Shown here in pieces: positions 9,228-18,079 of a stretch of DNA of 56,352 nucleotides. Position numbers and translations under genes: made by a program. The stretch spans positions 1 to 56,352 of IMG/VR virus record IMGVR_UViG_3300017911_001056; one strand, 5' to 3'. The DNA is from a virus (lineage: Duplodnaviria > Caudoviricetes). The stretch's first letter is position 1, and the number at the start of each line of letters is the position of its first letter. The notes under the pieces were generated by a model that did no database searches, was not told the origin of the DNA, and saw nothing but the letters and a program-made list of their open reading frames with translations.

Positions 9228-9635
9228 ATGAACACAAGAGTTAAAAAGCCTAGTTTTTTTAGAACAGCAGTGATGAACACTGTATGGCTGTGGAGACGTG
9301 TAATGAATCTCAAATATAATCCACTAGGTAAGATCCCAGATCCTAGTTTGCAAACATACTTTATGCTGATATTGTTTACAGCATGGAGTGTGTACTTTGG
9401 CTTCTTGGCTGCAAACTACTTAGGTTGGTTTAACTACAGCACAGTAGCAAGTATTATCATTCATGTTGCTGTACTATTGCCGTTGGCATTTACTAATGCA
9501 ATCTTTATTGATGCAGAACGTGATGGGCACAATTGGCTTAAAGAGTGGAAAGAAGAACAAAGCAGATACAAGTTGGTTACCAACAGGCTTAAAAATAAGA
9601 ATATCACTGTATGGGATCCAAGGAACGAAGCATAA
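9228..9635 (+). CDS. Membrane protein, two TM helices
   Basis: AGGAG RBS; hydrophobic core LQTYFMLILFTAWSVYFG... Confidence 0.7.
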   Translation: MNTRVKKPSFFRTAVMNTVWLWRRVMNLKYNPLGKIPDPSLQTYFMLILFTAWSVYFGFLAANYLGWFNYSTVASIIIHVAVLLPLAFTNAIFIDAERDGHNWLKEWKEEQSRYKLVTNRLKNKNITVWDPRNEA

Positions 9636-9766
9636 TGGGTATGCTTAGAAAATGGTTCCGCAGAAAGATTGATAGAATGATCGAGAAATCATTTCAAAGA
9701 CAAGCGGACAGATTATTTTATAAGCATCACGTAGTCAGAGACGGCACAAGGATGAAAGACAAATGA
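9635..9766 (+). CDS. Small basic protein (43 aa)
   Basis: Own translation MGMLRKWFRRKIDRMIEKSFQRQADRLFYKHHVVRDGTRMKDK*; TAATG and ATGA overlaps. Confidence 0.5.
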   Translation: MGMLRKWFRRKIDRMIEKSFQRQADRLFYKHHVVRDGTRMKDK

Positions 9767-9939
9767 AAAAAGTAAAACAAAAGGTTAAACTGTTCAGAGA
9801 TAGGCAGAACAGAAAGAACCATAAAAGAAAAGCAGAACGTAATGCTATCCGAAAGGCTAGAGTAGCCGCATTGCGTAAGCCTGTTTATTACATACCTCAA
9901 CCTGTTACTGAGGCCGCTGAGGAGACAGTAACATTATAA
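9763..9939 (+). CDS. Small, very basic protein (58 aa)
   Basis: Own translation MKKVKQKVKLFRDRQNRKNHKRKAERNAIRKARVAALRKPVYYIPQPVTEAAEETVTL*. Confidence 0.55.
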   Translation: MKKVKQKVKLFRDRQNRKNHKRKAERNAIRKARVAALRKPVYYIPQPVTEAAEETVTL

Positions 9940-10006
9940 TGGAATTAGAAGTTAAAACAGAACAAGATCTTAATGATTGGATTAAGGGACAACTAGGATT
10001 TGGAAC

Positions 10007-10411
10007 ATGAGAAGTATTTGGGTAACGTTTAGCAAAGAGGGTATTCACAAGTACCCTGCCGCCTTGGAAGATCCTAATCTAGCAACAGGCGATTGGGACG
10101 ATGTATCCTTTTTAGGATATCCACACAGACACATCTTTCACTTTAAGGTATGGCTTGAAGTGTTTCATGATGACAGAGACGTAGAATTTATACAGTTCAA
10201 GAGATGGTTAGAACGACTGTACGCAGAAGTAGATGGCCGTTTCAGTGTACTAAAATTAGATCACAAGTCATGCGAAATGATCGCTGACGATTTAGCGAGA
10301 GAGATACAAGCAAAGTATCCTGATCGCTGGTTAAAGATTTCGGTAGCCGAAGATAACGAAAACGGTTGCGAAATGGAGTACCCGGTAAATTATATGCCAG
10401 GGTCTAAATAA
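10007..10411 (+). CDS. T-fold QueD/PTPS paralogue with LxxxHRHxF motif (DpdL-like)
   Basis: EGIH...FLGYPHRHIFHF...KSCEMIA...VAEDNENG follows the QueD layout (HGH replaced by HRH, PTxE by SCE, terminal E); no CxxxHGH. Confidence 0.7.
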   Translation: MRSIWVTFSKEGIHKYPAALEDPNLATGDWDDVSFLGYPHRHIFHFKVWLEVFHDDRDVEFIQFKRWLERLYAEVDGRFSVLKLDHKSCEMIADDLAREIQAKYPDRWLKISVAEDNENGCEMEYPVNYMPGSK

Positions 10412-10421
10412 GGAGAATAAA

Positions 10422-10601
10422 ATGACTGAGAATCATTTACAAATAAAAGCTCTTTTCGAAGAGTACTTAGCAGAGAACGACAAGTTTGAGAACGGTGGTG
10501 TTAAAGCTGCTGCAACTCGTGCTCGTAAAGCTCTCGGCGAACTTGGTAAACTTACAAAAGAAAGACGTAAGGAAATCCAAGAGAAAAAGAATAACATGTA
10601 A
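10422..10601 (+). CDS. Histone H1-like (Hc1-type) small nucleoid protein (59 aa, below the ORF-track cutoff)
   Basis: Own translation MTENHLQIKALFEEYLAENDKFENGGVKAAATRARKALGELGKLTKERRKEIQEKKNNM*; KAAxTRARKA signature; AGGAG RBS. Confidence 0.75.
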   Translation: MTENHLQIKALFEEYLAENDKFENGGVKAAATRARKALGELGKLTKERRKEIQEKKNNM

Positions 10602-10665
10602 AGACCATTGAATCTTTATATGCAGTGTAGAACATTGAATATAAAAACAAGAGAGTGTAGAGTAC

Positions 10666-10809
10666 ATGAATTCTAAAAAAACTGAAACAACAGATCAAAA
10701 AGATCTAAATAAGAGTGATGAAGGAAACTTACACGAGCCAATAACTAAAATTGTTGACTATGGTGAGATTCCAGAAAACACACCCAAACAATCGGAGGAT
10801 AAGGAATAA
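10666..10809 (+). CDS. Small hydrophilic hypothetical protein (47 aa)
   Basis: Own translation MNSKKTETTDQKDLNKSDEGNLHEPITKIVDYGEIPENTPKQSEDKE*; ends 2 nt before the next ATG. Confidence 0.4.
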   Translation: MNSKKTETTDQKDLNKSDEGNLHEPITKIVDYGEIPENTPKQSEDKE

Positions 10810-10810
10810 C

Positions 10811-12013
10811 ATGCGTAAACTATTTTATATGGGACTAGAAAGTTATGAAGCCCGTTATACATTGCAGTTGCAAGACTGGAATGAACGTGTATTCAAGTCA
10901 CGCGGTATTGACTATGAAATCATTACTGGTGAAGAGTTAGACAACAGTAAGGCTATTGTAACTGGTAGTGTACTTGATGCACATGGTCGCAGTTATTATA
11001 GTTTAAGTCAAACCATGAATCTTGTACAAAAGATGAAGAATGGTGAGATCACAAGCAACGATGTTATTTTTTACGAAGATATGTTTACCCCTGGCCTTGA
11101 ATGCCTGCCATATATTATGGATCAATCACCACCTGAGTATAGACCCAAAGTATACCTCAGGTTCCTTGCACAGACTACTGATCCAGACGACTTCCTCATA
11201 AGGGAAGGTATGTTTAGGTGGATGCGTAAGTATGAGGAAATGGTTGATGAATTTGTAGATGGTATTATTGTAGCAAGCGAAGAGTTTGTTGCTCATTTGC
11301 GAATTGCAGGTATCAAGTGCCCAATTTATGTTTCAGGACTACCGTTTGGTAAGGATGAAGTAAAAGAGCGTGTACCAAATCTCAAAACTCTTATACAACG
11401 TGAAAAGCGTGTAGGTTTTGCTGCACGTTGGGATGATGAAAAGCAACCGCACTTTTATATGGATCTAGCAGAAGCATATTACAAAATTGACCCAGAAGTA
11501 GAGTTTGCTATATTCTGCGGACATCCTGAACTTAAAAGCAATGATCCAGAGTATGTACAACGTGCTATGTCATTACAAAGTTTTGGTGAAGGCAGAGCAA
11601 ACTTCAAAGTGTACACAGGTTTAAAGAAGAATGATTATTACAACTTGCTTGCAGACAGTCGTGTGCTATTTAATTGTGCATTGCAAGACTGGGTAAGCAA
11701 CACTGTAAGCGAAGCAGACACAATGGGTACATTAACACTGTATCCTGCATACAGAAGTTTTCCAGAAGTATTTGCAAACAACGGCAACCATTTGTATGTT
11801 CCGTGGAGCATAGAAGATGCTGTCAATAAACTGCAAAATATGTTTGTTTCGATTGACAACAATGATCTTACCAAGTATAATATTGGAAAGATTAGCGATT
11901 ACCAGAATGGCACAATCGATAGAACAATTGACATTCTGCAAGGAAAAGGAGACGAATGGTTGAGGAACGACTGGAGTTTCCGTAAGCATGTAGCAAAGGC
12001 AAAATATGAATAA
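10811..12013 (+). CDS. GT-B fold glycosyltransferase (GT4-like)
   Basis: Start ATG 10811 (MRKLFY); FAARWDDEKQP and LQDWVSNTVSEADTMG...YRSFPE (D/E-x7-E donor-binding region). Confidence 0.75.
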   Translation: MRKLFYMGLESYEARYTLQLQDWNERVFKSRGIDYEIITGEELDNSKAIVTGSVLDAHGRSYYSLSQTMNLVQKMKNGEITSNDVIFYEDMFTPGLECLPYIMDQSPPEYRPKVYLRFLAQTTDPDDFLIREGMFRWMRKYEEMVDEFVDGIIVASEEFVAHLRIAGIKCPIYVSGLPFGKDEVKERVPNLKTLIQREKRVGFAARWDDEKQPHFYMDLAEAYYKIDPEVEFAIFCGHPELKSNDPEYVQRAMSLQSFGEGRANFKVYTGLKKNDYYNLLADSRVLFNCALQDWVSNTVSEADTMGTLTLYPAYRSFPEVFANNGNHLYVPWSIEDAVNKLQNMFVSIDNNDLTKYNIGKISDYQNGTIDRTIDILQGKGDEWLRNDWSFRKHVAKAKYE

Positions 12014-12974
12014 GAAAGAAGATAAAACAATACTAGTTACAGGAGGCAGTGGATACATCGGCGGCATGGTATGTCGATTGTTGGTCGCTTCAGGATACAA
12101 CGTAATTAATATTGATAGGGTAAAAAAAGAAATACCTGGCGTAACACAGTATCCATTTGATTTAGATAATCATCAAATGAAAGGTGTTATTAAACTAACT
12201 AAGCCACATGCAATCATGCATTTTGCTGCTGATCACGAAGTAGGCAGAAGCGTCACAGAGCCAGGAGTGTTTTATGAAAACAATGTTGGTAACACTATCT
12301 CCTTGCTTAATTCTGCTGTAGAAGCAGGAGTTGAAAACTTCATCTTTAGTAGTTCAAGTTCTGTGTACGGCGACATCAAAGACTTTCCTACTACAGAAAT
12401 CACACCAACTAATCCTGTTAGTTGCTATGGACTAACAAAGAAAATTGTTGAAGATATTCTTCCAGACTACGATCGTGCATATGGTTTGAAGTATGTTAAT
12501 TTGAGATATTTCAATGCCGCAGGTGCAGACCCAGAATTAAATCATGGTTATACACAAAACCCAGCAAGCCATTTGGTACCAATCATCTGTCGTGCTGTTT
12601 TAAATGATGAAGAGATTCAAGTGTTTGGTAACGACTATAATACAGCAGATGGTACTTGCGAAAGAGACTACACTCACGTGTACGACATTGCAACAGCACA
12701 TTTAGCCGCATTACATTATTTAGAAGATACGGAGGTCAGTAACACGTTTAACCTTGGACAATCTACTCCTAATAGCGTGTTGCAAGTCATTGAAGCATTT
12801 GAACGTGTTACTGGCATAACTCCTAAATATAAAATTGTTGATCGACGTCCAGGTGATCCACCTAAGACTTATGCAGATATCACACAAGCAAAAAGTTTAT
12901 TAGGATGGGAACCAATCTATGGACTGGATGAAATTATTGAGCATTCATTTGCATGGGAGAAAAAGAATAAGTGA
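12006..12974 (+). CDS. galE: UDP-glucose 4-epimerase
   Basis: ILVTGGSGYIG, HFAA, FSSSSSVYG, YGLTK, LRYFNAAGA, DGTCERDYTHV, RRPGD. Confidence 0.92.
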   Translation: MNKKEDKTILVTGGSGYIGGMVCRLLVASGYNVINIDRVKKEIPGVTQYPFDLDNHQMKGVIKLTKPHAIMHFAADHEVGRSVTEPGVFYENNVGNTISLLNSAVEAGVENFIFSSSSSVYGDIKDFPTTEITPTNPVSCYGLTKKIVEDILPDYDRAYGLKYVNLRYFNAAGADPELNHGYTQNPASHLVPIICRAVLNDEEIQVFGNDYNTADGTCERDYTHVYDIATAHLAALHYLEDTEVSNTFNLGQSTPNSVLQVIEAFERVTGITPKYKIVDRRPGDPPKTYADITQAKSLLGWEPIYGLDEIIEHSFAWEKKNK

Positions 12975-13459
12975 ATAAGTTATTCTACTCCTATGATAAT
13001 CTTGTAACTGACTTACACACCATCGTTCGCGACATGACTTTAAAAGGTTATCGTCCAGACATTGTTATTGGTCCTGGCAGAGGTGCATACTTTATGGGAG
13101 TAATGTTGAGTCATTACTTTGATGTAGAGTTCAAAGGCTTTAACTGGCAGACACGTGACGGCAGTGATTTTGACAGAGATGTATTAATTAATATTGTATC
13201 AGCAAACAGAGATAAAAAAATACTGTTAGTCGACGACATTAACGACACAGGCAAAACATTGCAAAGCATTGAAGATGAAATGTTTGCATGGGCAATAGAT
13301 AATGTGGTTGACATTGACGTAACAACTGCTACACTATTAAACAAATCACAGAGTGAGTATGATGAAGTATCATACTATGCGAGAGAACTTACCCCAGACA
13401 ATGATCCGTGGGTAGTTTTTCCGTATGAACAATGGTGGAATTTTGACAACAAGGAGTGA
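12971..13459 (+). CDS. Purine phosphoribosyltransferase (Gpt/Hpt-like)
   Basis: PRPP-binding loop ILLVDDINDTGKT, GPGRGA, C-terminal WVVFPYE. Confidence 0.85.
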   Translation: MNKLFYSYDNLVTDLHTIVRDMTLKGYRPDIVIGPGRGAYFMGVMLSHYFDVEFKGFNWQTRDGSDFDRDVLINIVSANRDKKILLVDDINDTGKTLQSIEDEMFAWAIDNVVDIDVTTATLLNKSQSEYDEVSYYARELTPDNDPWVVFPYEQWWNFDNKE

Positions 13460-13463
13460 GACA

Positions 13464-13673
13464 GTGAGTCGTACAGCAAAAATTCGTAAAGTAGCATGGG
13501 CAGGAAATGGTAGTAGTGGACCTGATACCTGTTTTGTAGTTGACTTGTATGAGGGTTCAAGGCTAATGGAAAGTCGTGAGCTATTAGGCAAAAGCATCTA
13601 TTATGCAGAAGATGTTGCTGAGAATTGGGAAACAGGAATAATTCAATTGGGAGAGACAAATGAAGAAACATGA
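13464..13673 (+). CDS. Hypothetical protein
   Basis: ORF 13425..13673; probable GTG start at 13464 after AGGAG. Confidence 0.55.
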   Translation: MSRTAKIRKVAWAGNGSSGPDTCFVVDLYEGSRLMESRELLGKSIYYAEDVAENWETGIIQLGETNEET

Positions 13674-14349
13674 AGAAATAATTCAGCGTTGTAAGAACGC
13701 AGACAAACGTTATTGGGCTGGAGACAATATTTCACGCCTGTTACAGGAAGGTGAAAAAGAGCAACTGATTGACGAAGCCACAGAAGCATTTGAAAAAGTT
13801 TTAGACACGTTAATCATCGACAGGCACACAGATCCTAACAGCCACGGCACTGCAAGACGACTTGCTAAAATGTACTTTAATGAAATCATGAGTGGTAGAT
13901 ATGAGCACATGCCTAATGCAACTGCTTTCCCTAACCATGTAGAAGATGGATACAAAGGCATGTTGGTTGTGCGTAGCGAATTGAAGTCGATGTGTTCTCA
14001 CCACCATCAGCCAGTTGCAGGTGTCGCATACATCGGTATCATTGCAGCAGACACACTTATTGGGTTAAGCAAGTACACTAGAATTGCACAATGGTGTGCA
14101 AGACGTGGTACTTTACAAGAAGAATTGTGCAACGACATTGCTCGTGAGATTATGAAAGCAACAGGCAGTAGTGACGTTGGCGTGTATATTCAAGCAACAC
14201 ACGGGTGTTGTGAGAACAGAGGTATTATGGCAACAAGCAGTCTAACACAAACAACTGTGTTAGAAGGTGCATTCTTTAAAGACCCTGCAACAAAGAAAGA
14301 GTTTATGGATAACATACAACTCCAGCAACAGTATGCGTGTGGTAAGTAA
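13660..14349 (+). CDS. folE: GTP cyclohydrolase I
   Basis: TARRLAKMY, SMCSHHHQP, IGLSKYTRI, LQEE, ATHGCCENRG. Confidence 0.93.
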   Translation: MKKHEEIIQRCKNADKRYWAGDNISRLLQEGEKEQLIDEATEAFEKVLDTLIIDRHTDPNSHGTARRLAKMYFNEIMSGRYEHMPNATAFPNHVEDGYKGMLVVRSELKSMCSHHHQPVAGVAYIGIIAADTLIGLSKYTRIAQWCARRGTLQEELCNDIAREIMKATGSSDVGVYIQATHGCCENRGIMATSSLTQTTVLEGAFFKDPATKKEFMDNIQLQQQYACGK

Positions 14350-14852
14350 TGGCTATCGAAACCAGAGGACACGATAATATTTTAGTTGTATCCGGCAGTG
14401 CTGTACCTGTTGATGACATTGCTAATTCGGTAATTGAACGAAAAAAATTAGATTGGATTTGTAATAGGTTTCCGGTCACAGTTGACGAAGTATTCGAATG
14501 TATTGACACTATTGCAGACAACGCACCGTCTGCTTCATTCAAAGGTGGTATCACACTGTATAACACTGGTAGTCCAGATGATATGCAAATTGAAACAATA
14601 AGTGTCAATGATACTGTTTACTTCAGTTTAATATCTTATGGTCATACACTTGATCCTGCTGGATTAGATTTTGATGTGATTTATAATAAAGGACTAGTGG
14701 GTGTCATCAAAGACATCTACACCGACTTGGCACAAAATGCAGACTACTTTGAAAGCAGTGATTTACACAGTTGCGTTTACGATTCTATCCTAGCAGAAAT
14801 AGGCCATGTAGATGCAGCACAAGTACTTGAAAGTTTAACAGGAGAATCATAA
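14349..14852 (+). CDS. Hypothetical protein with possible N-terminal DUF433-like HTH
   Basis: VSGSAVPVDDIA...ICNRFPVTVDEVFECI resembles the DUF433 pattern. Confidence 0.4.
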   Translation: MAIETRGHDNILVVSGSAVPVDDIANSVIERKKLDWICNRFPVTVDEVFECIDTIADNAPSASFKGGITLYNTGSPDDMQIETISVNDTVYFSLISYGHTLDPAGLDFDVIYNKGLVGVIKDIYTDLAQNADYFESSDLHSCVYDSILAEIGHVDAAQVLESLTGES

Positions 14853-15172
14853 TGGGACCAGAAGTACCGTCTAAACTGTTCAGTGTTATCGAAAACATTA
14901 GAACATGGCATCACGACAGAAACTTAATTGAAGGGGCAACAGACAAAGATCAACTTTGTAAACTTGTACAAGAAGTAGGAGAACTCAGTGATAACATCTG
15001 CAAAGGTCGCGATGTATCTGACGATATTGGTGATTGTATTGTGGTGCTTATTAATATTGCAGAGCGTAATAATCTCAACCTAACACACTGTTTGGAACAG
15101 GCATGGAATGATATCAAAGATCGCAAAGGCAAAATGGTCGATGGCGTCTTTGTAAAAGAAGCAGACTTATGA
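14852..15172 (+). CDS. MazG-like nucleotide pyrophosphohydrolase
   Basis: KLVQEVGEL...DDIGDCIVVL...CLEQAWNDIKDRKG. Confidence 0.85.
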   Translation: MGPEVPSKLFSVIENIRTWHHDRNLIEGATDKDQLCKLVQEVGELSDNICKGRDVSDDIGDCIVVLINIAERNNLNLTHCLEQAWNDIKDRKGKMVDGVFVKEADL

Positions 15173-15531
15173 CACTTGCACTAATCACACTGTTGATTAT
15201 CAAACACACTATTGCAGACTACTTTATGCAATACAGTTGGATGATCAAAGACAAAAGCACATATGGTGCTTGGGGCGGTATTGCACACAGCGGGTATCAC
15301 GGACTACTGACATTTGCTGTACTATTGTTGTTTCCTATTCCAGTAGTGTATGCATTACTACTAAGTATTGGTGATAGTGTTATCCATTATCATGTAGACT
15401 ATGCTAAAAGCAATTTTTGGAAAGATAAAAAACTAACAGCAATGGATCAGCAGTATTGGATAGCACACGGTATTGACCAACTTCTTCATATGTTGACTTA
15501 TGTAGTGATTGTAATTTTATGTACAACATAG
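15169..15531 (+). CDS. DUF3307-like membrane protein
   Basis: KHTIADYFMQ, HSGYHG, HYHVDYAK, DQLLH histidine pattern. Confidence 0.75.
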   Translation: MTLALITLLIIKHTIADYFMQYSWMIKDKSTYGAWGGIAHSGYHGLLTFAVLLLFPIPVVYALLLSIGDSVIHYHVDYAKSNFWKDKKLTAMDQQYWIAHGIDQLLHMLTYVVIVILCTT

Positions 15532-15541
15532 AGGTAACAAA

Positions 15542-16258
15542 ATGTACACAGAGAAAGTATTAGAAGTCCAGCATTACAGTGATAGGCTGTTTAGTTTTAA
15601 AACAACAAGAGACCGTAGTTTTAGATTCAAAAACGGCGAGTTTGCTATGATTGGATTAGATGCTTCGCCTCGTCCTATCTTTAGAGCATACAGTATTGTG
15701 AGCACTAATTACGACGAACATTTAGAGTTTTTAAGCATCAAAGTAGAAGATGGTCCTTTGACCAGCAAACTTAAAAATATTGTGCCGGGTGATGAAATAC
15801 TTATCAAACCCAAGTGTACGGGTAGTTTGGTTATAGATTATTTGAAACCAACTGAGAACTTGGTGATGCTATCAACAGGCACAGGTATTGCACCATTTAT
15901 GAGTATTGCTAGAGATTATTTAACATACGAGCAATACAAGAATGTCTATCTGTTTCACACAGTTAGAGAAAAGAAAGAACTATCCTATCGTCCAGAACTT
16001 GCATTGCTCGAAGGTGACTTACCTTTTAGGTATATAGAAAGTGTTACCAGAGAAGAGTATCCACGTAAGGGAAGATTTTGGGAACATATCGAAGAGTTTT
16101 TGCCTGGTGGTTTAACACTTGGGCGAGATTCTGTGATGGTCTGTGGCTCACCAGACCTAAATAAACAATGTCGGGACCAGTTTACACAATCCGGGTGGGT
16201 TGAAGGAAACACAGGCGAGACCGGCGACTTCATGTTGGAGAGAGCATTCGCCGACTAG
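15542..16258 (+). CDS. fpr: Ferredoxin/flavodoxin-NADP+ reductase
   Basis: FKNGEFAMIGL, RAYSIVS, GPLTSKL, STGTGIAPFMS, VMVCGSP, ERAF. Confidence 0.92.
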   Translation: MYTEKVLEVQHYSDRLFSFKTTRDRSFRFKNGEFAMIGLDASPRPIFRAYSIVSTNYDEHLEFLSIKVEDGPLTSKLKNIVPGDEILIKPKCTGSLVIDYLKPTENLVMLSTGTGIAPFMSIARDYLTYEQYKNVYLFHTVREKKELSYRPELALLEGDLPFRYIESVTREEYPRKGRFWEHIEEFLPGGLTLGRDSVMVCGSPDLNKQCRDQFTQSGWVEGNTGETGDFMLERAFAD

Positions 16259-16294
16259 GAGCAATAAACATCCGCTCCGAGGAGGTACGTTATA

Positions 16295-16708
16295 ATGGAA
16301 TTCGATTGGAAAAAGCCCACTACTCAGATGTTAGGTAGATGGCAACCGTGGCATGATGGTCACACAGCACTGTTCAAGAAAGCACTTCTTGAAACAGGTC
16401 AAGTTTGCATACAGATTCGCGATGTTGGAGGAGTAGTTGGTGCTGACGCAGGCGGCGGGAGAACTGCGGCGCAAAACGACAATCCGTTTGAATACGATGA
16501 AGTAATTGCAAACATCAAAGAAGCACTAAGCAAGGAAGGATTTGAATACAATCAAGAGTATACTGTGATGTTGGTGCCAAACATTGTTGATATCAGTTAT
16601 GGCAGAGGTGTTGGTTATACATTCACAGAGCACGATCTTGGTGAGGATATTCATAACATTAGTGCAACAAAAATAAGAGAACAATTAAGGAAAGAAGGAA
16701 AACTTTAA
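16295..16708 (+). CDS. Cytidylyltransferase-like (HxGH) nucleotidyltransferase
   Basis: GRWQPWHDGH and ISATKIR motifs. Confidence 0.8.
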   Translation: MEFDWKKPTTQMLGRWQPWHDGHTALFKKALLETGQVCIQIRDVGGVVGADAGGGRTAAQNDNPFEYDEVIANIKEALSKEGFEYNQEYTVMLVPNIVDISYGRGVGYTFTEHDLGEDIHNISATKIREQLRKEGKL

Positions 16709-16709
16709 A

Positions 16710-17762
16710 ATGAGAATTAACTACAACATACACTTAGACTACTCTGATGTATTACTACAACCTAAACGTTCAACACTGAGTTCACGCAAGGAAGTAGATA
16801 TACTAAGAGAGTTTCACTTTAAACATGCTGACAGAACGTTAAGTTATGTGCCTGTTATGGCAAGTAACATGGACGGAGTTGGCACATTCTCTATGGCTAG
16901 AACTTTACAGAAGTTCAAAATGATGACAGTGATCAGAAAGCACTACACATTTGATAACTGGAAAGCAGCCATGGGAAATGGTTTGGAGTTAAAATATCTA
17001 AGTGCGTGTGTAGGTACTGGAGCTCTATGGGACGAAAATGCTGTAGACTATCAGACTCTCAAGCAGGTTATGAAGGCTTGGCCCGATATTCCTGCAATCA
17101 CTATTGATGTTGCTAACGGGTATCATCAATCCTATATCGACTTTGTGCAACGCATTCGCGAAGAATACCCAGATAAAATCATTATCGCAGGTAATGTCGT
17201 CACTCCTAATATGACAGAAGAACTAATTATAAAGGGTGCAGATGTTGTCAAAGTTGGTATAGGTCCCGGTAGTGTGTGCACAACTAGATCACAAACAGGT
17301 GTTGGTGTACCACAGTTCAGTGCAATTGTAGAGTGCTCAGATGCCGCTAATGGTGTTGGTGGACATATTATTGCTGACGGTGGTTGTACACAACCTGGCG
17401 ATGTAGCAAAAGCACTAGCAGGAGGAGCACACTTTGTGATGCTAGGCGGTATGTTAGCAGGACACGATGAAAGTGAAGCGGCTACTGATATAGATGGCAA
17501 CAGAGTATTTTATGGTATGAGTTCGCAAACTGCACTGGATACACATGGTGCTAGGAAAGATGGGTACAGAGGCACAGAAGGAAAAACTATTTCTATGCCA
17601 GACAGAGGACCTGTTGCAAACACAGTAGAACAAATACTAGGTGGCGTTAGAAGCACATGCACATATATTGGTGCAACAAGAATCAAAGACATGCCCAAGT
17701 GTGCATACTTTGTTAGAGTCAACAACATCATAAACAGAGTTTATGATCGTTATGAAGTGTAA
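16710..17762 (+). CDS. guaC: GMP reductase
   Basis: LDYSDVLLQPKRSTL, ASNMDGVG, IDVANGY, KVGIGPGSVCTTR, IADGG, FYGMSS, GGVRSTCTY; no CBS domains. Confidence 0.92.
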   Translation: MRINYNIHLDYSDVLLQPKRSTLSSRKEVDILREFHFKHADRTLSYVPVMASNMDGVGTFSMARTLQKFKMMTVIRKHYTFDNWKAAMGNGLELKYLSACVGTGALWDENAVDYQTLKQVMKAWPDIPAITIDVANGYHQSYIDFVQRIREEYPDKIIIAGNVVTPNMTEELIIKGADVVKVGIGPGSVCTTRSQTGVGVPQFSAIVECSDAANGVGGHIIADGGCTQPGDVAKALAGGAHFVMLGGMLAGHDESEAATDIDGNRVFYGMSSQTALDTHGARKDGYRGTEGKTISMPDRGPVANTVEQILGGVRSTCTYIGATRIKDMPKCAYFVRVNNIINRVYDRYEV

Positions 17763-18025
17763 TGCCTATGCCTGGAGAAGGTAATTCGGTTGCAGACTTT
17801 TTGCATTCACCGGATAACTTAGAAGTAAGCGAATGGAAGAGAAAGTTTGTACTGTGGCCAAAGACTAGTATAACCAAACAACGCATTTGGTTGCGTTATG
17901 CTTTTACAAGAACTGTTAAGATGAGAGTGGAATTACCTCAACTGCCAGTAGATAGTTCTCGTAGAGTTGAATGGGCAACATGGGAAGAAATAGTACAGAA
18001 AAAGTTGTCAGGAGAATGGGCTTGA
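17762..18025 (+). CDS. Hypothetical protein
   Basis: 87-aa ORF, W/P-rich (WKRKFVLWPK...IWL). Confidence 0.6.
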   Translation: MPMPGEGNSVADFLHSPDNLEVSEWKRKFVLWPKTSITKQRIWLRYAFTRTVKMRVELPQLPVDSSRRVEWATWEEIVQKKLSGEWA

Positions 18026-18050
18026 CAACTGTTTCTTGTTGTTGTATAAT
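18022..18050 (+). promoter_or_regulatory. sigma70-type promoter (perfect consensus)
   Basis: TTGACA-N17-TATAAT upstream of queE. Confidence 0.85.
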
Positions 18051-18079
18051 AGTGAATATTATTGGAAAGAGTACAGGTA

